35,249 nt of DNA from Hyphochytrium catenoides (Eukaryota > Protista > Hyphochytriomycota): the NCBI GenBank assembly GCA_900088475.1, contig FLMG01001682.1, positions 1-35,249 on the forward strand. The letters run 5' to 3'. Both the position numbers and the translations under genes were made by a program. Shown piece after piece: positions 13,301-25,200 of the stretch. Under the pieces are notes generated by a model. That model did no database searches and had not been told where the DNA came from. It worked only from the letters and a program-made list of their open reading frames with translations. Each line of letters starts with the position of its first letter. Position 1 is the first letter of the stretch.

Positions 13301-16300
13301 CTTCCCAACAACCTTTTATCTGCTGTATCTGTTTCTCATGATGCTCAAAGAGGGAGAAGAAACGTGAGTGGTGGATGGTGTCTTGTTGTTGTTCGGTAGA
13401 AGATGGTGACGTTGTGATGTCAACTTGTTCCTCGTTGCCTCAGCAAAGGTTGCCTGACGACACGCTTTTTAGGATGAGTCTAGCCACTCTCTAGGGAAAC
13501 GACTCCATGATAGCAGTAGTAATTCGGTGACAAAGAGGAATAGCCCCACAGCGCTGAATGGTCGGCTCAACAGACCTATTCGTTCGGGGTACGCGCCATC
13601 ATCAGTAACCCTCACAAAAACTTCTGTAAGGTATCCCTGTCTGCCTGGCTGCAATAATCCGGAATCAACCGCAGGGAGGCGATTGCTAGCAAAAGGGGAA
13701 AGTTTGCCACATCACGAGATGTAGAAGAACAACGGAACTTAGTTCATCGTAAAGGTAGACCATAGAAATTCGTCAACAGACCTTTAGCACGCCTTTAACA
13801 TACCCACACACGTTATTGTCTAGCTTTGCTATGGCATGAGCCCGTGCTACTTCTCCCAATGAACAGTCATCCCTTCGCCGACGCAAAGACTGTTCATCGT
13901 CACTAACCATAGTTGTTGTGCCCCACCAGCAGCAAAGCATCTGCCTGAAGGAGAGGAGGCGAACCATATGTCGTCTAGACCGGGCGAAGAGACGAGACCA
14001 GCCTCACCTAGTGCCCAGAGGACTGCACCTCCGGGCACTTCTATTAGTCTATGCGGCAGAACGGTAGCAGAGTTAGTCCAAGAGTACATTATGTCCAAGA
14101 AGAAGGGGCACGAAGGTCCATCCAGTCGTAAGAGCAGTAACTCGCTAGCAACTAAAGTAAGATCGACCTGCCCACCGTTGTTGCGGCGGGCTCTACTTAC
14201 TAGTACTTATGATGGATTGATTTGATCACCTCTTTCTATAACTGGTGTTAGGATATCTCCTCCGCCTTTTCGGACCCATATGGAGGAGGACGAAGACCGA
14301 GCGCCGCGCAACGCTTTGACAGAGGGACCATAGCAAGCCGCGAGGCCGCCAGTAAACAAGAAGAGCCTTCCTGCACTATTTTTATCAGGAAGAGGCTCAT
14401 CTCTCTGGCATCACAATTGAGTATCCTCCCCATGTCGGCTAATTGCCCCGTAGAGACGGTGGAAGCATGGAAGAAGATACGAAGTAATGCCATAGAGGGT
14501 CCAAGTGATGCACAACGCCTGCTTGGACTTAGTACGCAACTCAGGTACCCGATTCCTCACGAACGGATCTGCGAAGCGTTTGCTGTTGTTTGTCAAGGCT
14601 AATCGGATATATCATTTTAGAAGAATAGTTGAGAAGACCGCTGGCATGAGACAGAGACTTTACCACCAGAATAAAGCTGAAGGAAGGAATCCTTCCTGCC
14701 TCCAGGATCTTCGGGCTCTGACAATGATGATGACTCTTCTGTTGAGTAGCATTTGCAACGCAACCGTTCCTTCTTCATTATGTGCACTCATTACTCGTTC
14801 TTGCCTCCTTTTCCTACTACTGTGAATTGTTCCTCTCAGTCACCCATAGCTCCTGCTCTTCTACTCTGGCTCAGTGAACGCCACAGCCCACACGTCATCT
14901 CTCTCCAGACTGTGGATATCCTTAAACTAGATTTGTAACCGCCTCCGACCCATCTGACCCTGCTAATGCGTCTGCTTCTTGCTCATGTCTTTGTTGGCAC
15001 AGTGACGCGTGGAATTCGGTCGACCCTATTTCCGTCATTAGGCATGTTGCCACTACTAGCGAGAAGTACTTTTTACTTTTGGGTGATGCAAACGTCGCCC
15101 TCTTGCGAGAGCTGTTAGAGCTGTTACCTGGGGATAGCCTGTGTCACTTGCCTTTCGATGGGTCAACCACTTCAGAGAAAGAAGCGCCCCAACGGAGTAA
15201 GAAGCGGAGGGTCCCTTCATTATTATGCTTGTTGTTCTCAAAACTAAGTCTGTGTTCATGAAGGGTATCATAGGCTCGAGCCCCACCCAGACAAAGTACC
15301 TCTGGCGTCTAAGGAGGAGACAGCTAGAGAACAGGGCGGAGATAAATGTGAAGCTTTGCAGCAAGATGGTCATAACTGTCTCTCTAAGGAAAGAATCTCT
15401 TGAAGTGACCTCGTCACTGACCTATCGCTACATGTCAACAGAATGCCGTCCAGCAGTTCCAGCTGACCCTGAGCCAGCGAACTGCGTACAGATTCCAACC
15501 ATGGCAATTAGTCTGGATGCGCTATGTTCAGAGGCCATAACCACCAACGTGGATTTGGTGGTTACCCTTCGAGAGGAATTTGGCGTCAGTCTTCTATTTG
15601 AGCGGCAACTGGCGCCCTGTGTGGACGTTGTGATTGACGAGACGGCGTGTATCTCCATTGTTAACCCTCTTGACATCATATCCGGTAATTTTATTATGAG
15701 CCTTGGCCCGCTTCGTTGTACTACTCACGAAGGTTCATATGTGACGACATTTTTGCCCTATGTGCAATAAGAAGATGATGCGCTGAAGTCCTTTGTGAAG
15801 AACCTGACACTAGTCGCGTTGCACTATCAAGAGGTAGGATGATAGCTCAAAGAACCGCTAAAATTGTCAGTTTAACGACTCTTTGTCTCTCATGGCAGTG
15901 CTGGATTATCATTATAGGTATCTCGCTCTCCTTTATGCCGGCCTGGACGTTATTTACCTGCTTATGCTACTCTATGCAAAAACACCGACCATCGTCATTG
16001 AGAAGATGATTATGCAAGGCCGCCCGGTGAAGCCAAAGCCGTACCTCTAGATACGACGAAGCCGCAGCCTGTGCTAGAGTTGCTCATATCCACTCAGCAC
16101 TTCCTCATGGAAGTTTACTTCCTTTACGGGTAAGCATCAACCCTCATTGCTAGGGCCAGTAGAAGCCTTGTCTTACCACCACGAGCTGACGCACCTCCAT
16201 GTATGCCATGACTTTGACTTGAAGCACGGGCGTACTCGATGTCGCTAAACTGGTCAAGCTCGCAATCGATACCGTCGCTGTGCAGAGGTGTAAGAAAAAC

Positions 16301-16699
16301 GGCCTCCTGCCGGCGCAATGGGTGTCCCGTCGGGAGCTGAGAGAAATGCCGAGCTGCCACGAAGGAGTTCTGACATCAAGCCACCTTCTGAACCCTATCC
16401 AAGCGTGTAGAGTACTGCAACAGGTACAGGTTCAATGTATAGGGAAAGTATATTGAATTCCGTCCCTCTATTCTCAGTCCAGCCGGTTGGGACTCTCTGC
16501 GAGAGTCTTCCTGAAACTGGCTGCCTCCTTCTTTAAGGAGGAATCGCCTTCACATTAAAGTACTAATCCCAATCTCTGCCAGGGTGACCTTCTGTCCTAT
16601 CTAAACTACGGATTGACTCCGGAGCAACAGGAGGAGGAAAATTCCTTTTCGCTTTCACAGCACCAACAACTGCTATATCTGTTGCATCTCCCGCTCTAG
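10323..16699 (+). CDS. SHOC1: SHOC1/Zip2-like meiotic crossover (ZMM) protein with degenerate XPF-like domain and HhH, ~1290 aa, ~21 exons
   Basis: Frame-consistent exons: 10323-10391, 10720-10825, 10932-11023, 11069-11484, 11567-11767, 11871-12382, 12695-13272, 13473-13630, 13675-13754, 13930-14156, 14252-14544, 14621-14745, 14850-14934, 15060-15196, 15291-15368, 15442-15684, 15772-15833, 15899-15917, 16051-16129, 16225-16423, 16583-16699. The spliced C-terminus reads CSEAITTNVDLVVTLREEFGVSLLFERQLAPCVDVVIDETACISIV...KSFVKNLTLVALHYQECWIII...YGTGVLDVAKLVKLAID...AQWVSRRELREMPSCHEGVLTSSHLLNPIQACRVLQQGDLLSYL. This matches, in order, the motifs I recall for the SHOC1 XPF-like/HhH region. The 5' exons and start (10323 or 10371) are less certain. 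Confidence 0.72.
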
Positions 16700-16773
16700 A
16701 ATTTCTCATCACTCTCGAAATTCTTTTTACTGAGATCTTCGGCCTGCTTCACTCTTGCTTTTACTGCTTTTGG

Positions 16774-18594
16774 TTATCGCTCTCCACTCACCCCTTGAGG
16801 GTCTGCGATGTCGCCGACGAAACAATTGGTGGCCGCAATAAAATCTTTGATTGCTACCCGCAACTTGACGTCAACTTCTCCTCCTCCCATCCAGAAATAT
16901 GGAGGCTGCAGACTGAGAATCTTGTCGGAGAGTATAATCTGAGGGTGGAGAAGGAACAGGGATAAAGTCAGAACGGAGAGTAGATAACCTCAACTGAGAG
17001 TATATCCTTCAAATAAAGCTAAGTAAGGATCAGTCACAATCAAGATGAAGGATGAACTCAAGAGGATCTACAAGTCAGTCAGACTTCACGATTGCTATGC
17101 AAGGGCCTACAGGTATGTTCTCTTTCATCCCAAAAGGCGAGACTCCGTTATGATAGAACCCAGTTAGCTTATCGGATGTCTGAGGATAAGAGGGAATCGA
17201 GAGTCAGATAGGCTTAGCGATATAACTAGAAGTACAAGGTGGACTCGCCCAAAGGAGACAAAATTACCGTTGCATTCTTTATCTGTCAAAGAGGCCTTCA
17301 TATCGAAGAGAACACATGACATAGCACACTACAATACCATAGGGCCGCAACTAGCATTACCTCCTCCAAAGCATGTCTAAAGTTGTACTTCTTTCTAGCT
17401 GGTCTATCTGGATCACCCTCTTTCAGACCTCTGACGAAGCGAAGCAGTTTCTCCGCATTGAGCTTGGTGGTATACTGGACTATTACGCAGTAGTACCTGA
17501 AGATATAAAAAGCGGAAGCGTTAGCCTTGTCGTTACTTACGGCTCTCGCAGGGAGACACAAGGTATGCCGTCGTCGCCCTTATTCGCATTCCTAACTTCT
17601 TACTCGTTCGCCATGAGACTTGTGGACGTGCGATGCCCTCTCTATCTTCTTCGCACCTCCTACATCTTAACTAACCTGCTATTCTCTCTGTCTTCCCAGT
17701 CATTCCTAGTACAAGCTGAATTTTCCATGACGAGGCTTTTTGTCAAATGTTCGACGGAACATTGTAGTCTCGCACTGGAAGGATGCGTTAAGACGCTTGA
17801 TTAGATTAGGCTAATGGAAGGGATAAGACCTCCAAAACAGACAGAAGGGAGGTGCGCAACAGCGGATGAAGAAGAAAATGAGATGGCTGCATGACAGATA
17901 CTATGGCGCAGATGCGAAGAGAAGAGAGACAGGGGTAGAGAGAAGCGGCAGGGCGCCGTTAGTCACTGTCTTACGCTCTCTCCGCGAGTGTCCAGCTATA
18001 ATAGTCGCTAGCCACCACTTCAATCTTCGCGCTGGAGACTAGGAGTCAGACAACAACTAACCAAAGGCCAAACCCATGAGGGAGGAGAGGCATCAGCAGG
18101 CCAACAGCAGTACGCGAGAGAGAGCTACCTTCAAAGCACTTCATCACTTCAGCGAGACGACAGGATGGAGAGTCCTGGCGAAACGAGACACAGAGAGGTG
18201 AGGAGCGCTGTCTGACTTACCCTGACGCGCCTAGCTTTCGACAGCTCTGACGAACACGAACGACAGGTGGTAGCAACTCCAGAGGGTGATTCACTCCAGA
18301 TGCTACTTCCTCTAACAATCTGATCCTTGCTTCTGCAGCTTTTATTGCCTCTGAAAGCCTCTTCACTCTGTCATGCAAGGGATCATGCTGCTCGCCCTTC
18401 TTTCCCTGGTCTCTGCTCTTCTTATGCCCTGACTCTCCCTGCTTCTCCCCTTTCTTCCTTTCCACTGCGCTCTTGTCAGTAGTGCCACAGGTCTGGGACG
18501 AGCAGGAGCCGCTGCGTGTGGGGTCGATGACAGTGAATACCGCTGTTTTCTTTAGCTGGAAGCGGCCATCGAGAGTGCCGTAAGGAAGAGCCAT
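16774..18594 (-). CDS. YbaK/ProXp (INS-superfamily) aminoacyl-tRNA deacylase-domain protein, 299 aa, 6 exons
   Basis: Minus-strand exons 18594-18221, 18031-17975, 17774-17676, 17496-17361, 17179-17111 and 16938-16774 total 900 nt in frame. The translation contains VASDYYSWTLAERAARLQCSVEHLTKSLVMEN (conserved Lys), RYYCVIVQY, LTGFYHNGVSPFG (GxxxP loop) and IILSDKILSLQPPYFWMGGGEVDVKL. Confidence 0.9.
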
Positions 18595-19222
18595 CTTTAC
18601 TGTCTGCTTTCTCTTATTATCAATGTCCCCTTTGCCCTCCTGAAGCCTTGCTCTGACGGTATCACCCGCCAGACGCTCGCTAGGAGAGCTTTACTTCGGT
18701 TATCCTGGAGGAAGGAACGCCTAGCCAAGCTAGCTAATGATTAGCCTGTGCAGCCGGACTCAACGACCGGACCGGTGAGGGCCAGCAAAGGCCATTGCTG
18801 CCAAGGAGGGAGGAGGAGGAGGAGCAGGTGGGAGCAGAGGGCCAAGAACAAAACCTTCACATCCATGATGTAACAAGATACAATAAAGAGGTGTTAGCGG
18901 CTCCTGTCGGATGTGGGCAATGCGAACGTACTTTGAAGAGCTTTGATGAAGGCTTCCGAGCTTGTTGCGGCGCTTGTCGGAGCGCTGCTGACGAGTGAGC
19001 GCATAGTCCCTGAGCTTTCCCTGCCCTTCTATGAGCTGCAAAACGTTTGATCTCCAGCTTGTCTCGCTCTCTTGTTCGTCCTCCTTTTTTCTCAAGCTTC
19101 TTGGTCATTCTCTCTCTCTCCAGCTCCTCTTACAGGGAAGCCGAGTCTTCGCCCGTCATCGTGCAAGGAGAAGGATGCCGTGAAAGGAGAATGGACGATA
19201 GACTTAAAGAGAATCAGGCCCA
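18595..19222. promoter_or_regulatory. Probable bidirectional promoter region between the YbaK-like gene and MSH3
   Basis: The divergent ATGs at 18594 (-) and 19223 (+) are separated by 628 bp. No specific element was identified. Confidence 0.5.
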
Positions 19223-22200
19223 ATGAAAAGCAATCAGCAGACGCTTCTTTCCCGTTTCTTTAAACCTGTAAAGGCATCCGGGGAGGACGACGACAAATCT
19301 CGCCATCTTTCTTCGGCGAGGCAACAGGGGACGGCAGAAGAAGACGCAGTAGTCATTCTCTCAAGCGATGAGGAGGCAGGCGAAAAGGGCAATGCAAGCA
19401 GTGCATCTGTCGCAGCGTCTCCATCTCCTCTTGCTAAGTTAGGAGGTGAGTGGTCGCGGCGAGGGGAGGTGGCAAGGGAAAAGGTTGGCACATGGGAGTG
19501 ACTGAATGTGATGGAATAGCGAAGGAGAGGATGGGACGAAGGAAGAGAGAGCGAATGCAGGGTGCTTTATGCTTTGGTGTGACACCGAGAAAAGGATGCT
19601 AAGTGATCAGACACAAGGGGTCAACCACTAGATGAATGCCTGGTGTCCACTCTGAACCACACGGTTGTCCATTGCTCTCCGCGTCTCTTTCTGGCAGGGC
19701 TCTCTCGCCTTCGTGCGAAACGGAAGGGTCTAGAGGGGGAGAAAGCAGATCAGTCCGTCCATCCTGGGAAGAAACCCAAGCTGGACCAGGAAGAAGAAGC
19801 TTTTCAGAGATTTGCCAGTGGTAGCTCCGTCTCTGTCTCTGTCTCAAAAAGCAATGCTGTATGGGAGGAGAATGACCGTCCTGACAAGACTGGAGAAGAC
19901 GGTGTTGGAGAAGAAGAAGCTACACCTTCGAAGCATGACGGAGAGGAGAATAACGAAGAACCAATCAAACCAGAACTCTTCAGCCGCTTCTTCCATGAAA
20001 GCGGTCCTGCCACCAGCTCCCGAAATGGGGACAAAGGGAAGGAAGGGAAAGGGGCTCAGCGGAAGAAGCCAGTCAAGTACACCCCGTTAGAGCAGCAAGT
20101 CATTGAGCTAAAGGCTAAACATCCCGAAGTTCTCCTCTTGATTGAGTGCGGCTACCGGTTCCGTTTCTTTGGGGACGACGCCATTGTAGGTGCCTACTCT
20201 CCCTACCTCTCTCTGTCTTTCTGCTTGCTTACCCTTATCATCCTTTCCTACATATAACCCTGAGGTATCTCGCTCTCTCTTTCTTAGCCGGCCTACTGAT
20301 TCCCTAGTCTTCTTCTTTCGTTACTCTTGCTCCACTCTAACATAACTTCGTCTGTCGACTGGATAGTGCTTGGAGCGAAATCCTTCTCGTTCTCTAGGCT
20401 TCTGACCTTTGCCCAACTCCGCCTTTTTGTGCAGCCATACGCTTACTCATCTTTCTCCCTCTTGTACCACTGTCTTGACCTCTTCCACCCTCGTTGCAAA
20501 CGACAATCTCTTTCTTACTGACTCACCTACTTCTTTCCGTCCTTCTTTTTCAACAGAATGCCGCACGAATATTGAGTATTCAGGCCTTTGCTGATCACAA
20601 CTTTATGGTCGCGTCTATTCCAACTCACCGCGTTCACATCCATGTTCGCCGGCTCATCTCGAGAGGATACAAGGTGGGGATCGTGAGGCAGACCGAGACC
20701 GCCGCTGTCAAGGCTCTGACCGGAGAGAAGCACAAAATGTTTAAGAGGTGAGGTGGAAGTATTTCAGGAAGGGGAGGGCTTCCTAACCTGCCACTTGCTG
20801 CCGTGTCTATATTCTTAGCCCGCCAGTTTATTGTAAAATGGCCTATAAGCTCTGCTGGAAAGGTGTTTCCGCTTTCTCTTCTGAGCCTAATGTCAGTCAT
20901 CCCATCCCTCACTCGTCCCTCCTCCACAAAGAGCCCTGTCGTCAACCATCCTTCTCTGCCGTTTTTTCTCTGCTGTCTAACTACTGCTATGTTCAGAGAG
21001 CTGGACCAGCTTTTCACCGCAGCCACAGTTTCTGAGGAGGACTTGGAGGACCTGGCCTTCCGTATGACATCTATACGAGGTTTCAATGCTGAAGAAGCTG
21101 GAGACGAGGGAGACGAGGTTCAGTGATACTCTTAGTATATTTACTCGATACCACTTAGTTGCTTTACCATCTGTTCAACTCTAGAAAAGTCTCGCGGAGG
21201 GTGCAACCCTCTGCCTTCCTCACTCTATTGCGCGGCTCTCATCGTGTACAGCTATCCGGAGGACACTGATGATCCAGCTGATCTGGTCGCTCGAATCTGG
21301 CATCTTTTCTGAGATAATAATTCTCTGGGAGGCGTTACTACTGAACACTAACCCTAATCTTGGTCCTTACTCCTAGGGAGATGGTCCAGTCAAACCTTTT
21401 ACAGCAGCAGACAAGGCAGAGCAGTTTATCGCTTGTTTTTACGAGGAACACACCTCCTTACGTGGAGATACGAAGAGTCAATTAGATAACAAGAGGAGTG
21501 GAGAAGGCCATTTGGCTTCTGCAGCTTGCGAAAGGAAGCCAGTCCATCAAGGTCCGAAGGATGTGGCTGTCGTTGAGATTGCAATGGTGGCCGTGGACAT
21601 CAGTAGCGGCAGGATAGTCTATGACACGTTCACAGACCAACCTTTGAGGTAGAGCACCTTGTTGCTTCGTTTTGCTCTCACTCTTCCACTCCGTTTTAAG
21701 GCGTTCTTTTGATGGGTGACGGGCTATTGTGAGCCTCGAGTGTCTCACACGATGTTGTTACCATCATTTGCTCTTGTGACCGTTATTTTCCTCGTTCGGT
21801 GAGTACTTTGGGCTTACCCTATTCCGCCAGAGGGCATCGCTGCGCTCTGCTACGGAAGGTCGACTCTTACTTCCTATTCTACTTGTAGGATGGAGACGGA
21901 GAGAAGATTGAGGGACTTGAGTCCAATAGAGATCATAGCACCGCAAGGAGGTCTGTCTCATGCCACAGAACACGTCATAAAGCAGTATCAGTCGAGGTAT
22001 GCTCCCTCTATAGCAACACCTGGAAAAGGGTCAGAGCAAGAAAGAGGAGAGGTGCGAATAGAAAGAGTTCCAGACACAGCGTTCAACTACGAAGGAGCGC
22101 TAGGAGAACTCGTAGGACTCTTTGGGCAGTCCATAGCCTTGGATGATAAGAATCGACGAGACAAGCCATCTTGGGTTGAACCGACCGAGCAACAGAAAGA

Positions 22201-25200
22201 GAACAAACTGAGACAACAAGAAGCTCTTGCCAGAACGGCGAAAGATCAGTCGGGAAACTCTCTTCCGTCATCCGAGCTTTACGACCAGATCGTACAACTC
22301 TCCCCCCTATCTTTGTGTTGCTTCAGGGGCCTCTCCCTACATCTCCACCGGTTTCGTTTGCAGGGACTTTTACGATATCCTAAGCTTGAGGAGTTTCAGA
22401 AGAGGACACACATGCTTCTCCCTGGATCTACCCTCACAGACTTAGAAATTATGGAGGTGATTGATGCTCGCTTGCTTCCACTTGCTTCCCAATCCAATGC
22501 TGCTTTTGGGGATCTGTTGTTACTGTTAGTCCCTCGGCTTGATCTACCACTAAAACCTTTCACAATGCTCTCTTCGCTAAGCATAGCCTTCGACTCTCTG
22601 CAGAGATTAGAGGATGGGAAGAAGCAGTATTCTCTTCTTTGGTTGGTGGATCGCACTCATACTCCCTTTGGGAGGAGAATGTTACGCGAATGGCTTAGAA
22701 AGCCCTTGCGAGACCTAAGGTCACAGGCAGTTGTATACGCAACACAGCTTCACCTCTAGTTTTAGCCGTACTGCTTAGGGAGCCCTACACTCCATGTCTT
22801 CGTCGCCTCTCTTTGGCCATGTGGCAGAGCTGTTCTTACCGTCCTCTTACTGACTCCTTAAATTGACAGAGCGTCTCCTTCTTAGGGCTATAGAAGAGCG
22901 GCTGGAAGCAGTCTCAGAATTAGCATCTGCTCCTGCTGTGCTAGAACCATTTATTGGAGTAGGCCCCAATTTACTTCGTCTAGCTGCTTTCTCTTTCGTA
23001 CCAGTTCCTGACTTTAAGTCATTTCAGTGTGAAATTGTTGGGCGAGTCTCGGGCGTAGGCTGACACAGATTTTGCTTCTTTACTCCTGCCGCTCATGAAT
23101 TTGCTATCCCCCTCTCACACAGAACTGTGGCTTGCGTCGGCTCAGGTTTAGATGCCTACTCAAATATTCGAACTCCGCTTCTTTTTCTCCCCCCAAGGTC
23201 CTTCGGAAGCTCCCGGATCTAGAGCATCGTTTGGAACGTGTGAAGTGCTTGAAGAGTCGACCACAGGAGTTTGAAAGCATCGTCAGGGCAATTCAAACAG
23301 TCACAGAGGTTTTGCCTGTTCCTCATCAGGTAAGGACTATGCAAAGTGGGCGAAGGAACGGGATACTGCTCTAAGTATATACATTTCCCCGTAGGCTTCC
23401 TCGTTGAGCGCCTCGCTCCTACGGCACCTATTTCTCTCTTTACCGTCTTCTCTTTCTAGGATCGTGAAGCGTGTCTCGGAGCTGATCAGTCTGGAGGCTG
23501 CTGCAGCCAAAGACATTGTAAGTCTGCCTGAGATTACTTTAGTAAACAAAAAAGCATCAAGGCCCTATAAGTTAATAGTCAAGGGAACGGAAAGTGGTAA
23601 GACTGAGAAAAGGAACAGTTCGATCTCCCAGTGCCAGAAAAAGTATATGGTGGAGAGAGGGCGGTCACCACGAGTATATGATCGTGGAGAGAGGGCGGCG
23701 GTCACCACGAGGCAATGGGCAAAACAGCAGGTGGAAACTGGCAATCCAGGTTGAGTTTCACTATTACCTTTGCCTCCCCCAGGTTGGGACCTTCACATCC
23801 TCTGAAGCATTCCCGGAAGTTTTTCAACTTAAGGAGCAGATCAATCAAGTGGAGGGCCAATTTGACGAGGAATTGCAATCAATCAGGTAAGCGGGAGAGA
23901 AGAGAATCACTGGGAGGGGAACTAAGGCATATGCTCTCTTGCGCTCTGCTCCATGATATATCCGCGCTCAACAAGCTTAGCGGCGGAACGGCTGAGATCT
24001 AGTCCTGACTGTTTATAGTTGGCGTCCTTCCACTATCACATGCCCGTCCGTTCCGGGATATTTCTCATATTCTGCCTCGTCTACAACTTGAAGGCGGACG
24101 TTACGGAAACCTCGGGTTCAGTTTTTCAGTCTGAAAACCGGGCCTTCCAGCTCGCGGGATTATTTGATAGAAGTGCCGCATGCTGAAGTTAGCCGCTTGG
24201 TCCCCCCGGATTGGCAGACTGTGAACAGCACAAAGACGATGAGCAGGTTTAGGACACCAAGGACCAATGACTTGTGTCTGCAGGTAACAGTAACGCCAAG
24301 CAAAAAATCCTTGTTCGAGATGATATTGTAGCTAATGGACAGGAGGCCGGACCGCTAAAACCAATGGTGCCATCCTGGGCCATCCGTGGGCGTGCCGCCT
24401 CTGCTTTGTGTCCAAGCATTGTCGCTCTTCGTCTTTTTTCGACGTCTGCTACTTTCTCTGCCTTTGGGTTAACAGCCAGAAAAGATGCCATTTACTACGG
24501 GCCATGCTTTGGCTTCTCAAGTTCCGAGTCCTCTGCCACTGTGTCTCTAGAATAGGCCGTGTTCATTTGCACCGTTCTTTTCAGGAACCACGTCCTCACG
24601 CTCTCTGTTGTCTCTTTGGCTTGTCCTGCTCGGCCTTCGTAGCTGGAAAGATTTAAGGAAGAGCTGATGATTGAAGCTGATCGCAGCTGGAAGAAGTTTC
24701 TCAGCAACATCTTGCGCGACATCTACATCCCTATCTCTATTACTGTCAATACTCTCAGTCATTTCGACTGTCTTCTCTCCCTTGCGCAAGTCGCTACCAG
24801 GCCCGGTAAGTAGTAAAAAAGATAGGCCGAAAGTGAAGACAGAGGAAGTCCGCATGAGGGTAGGGCCGAATAGGTGCGGTATGGAGGACGGGAAGATGTC
24901 AGGTCGTCGTTATCAATGCTCATTCAGCATGCCTTCGGACTCACAGCATATTATTGACGCTCTCTTCTCTGTCTCTGTCTCCTCGTTCTGCCGTTCACAA
25001 GGCTATTGTCGCCCCTCTTTCTCGTCGAGACGAGTGACGCAGATTGTTGGTGCTAGACATCCGCTTCTGGATCAAGTGATGGGAGGATCGTATGTACCGA
25101 ACGACATCAATTTGGGAGGTGATGAGCTACAAGTGACATTTCTGCTCTTATCCGACAAAGTGCTAAATTAAGGTCGTTTGGCGCCTTTACCCTCGATGGC

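Noticed and set aside
18760-19263. Short ORFs in the divergent intergenic region
   Set aside because: They overlap on both strands, show no domain features, and lie in the expected promoter/5' UTR space.
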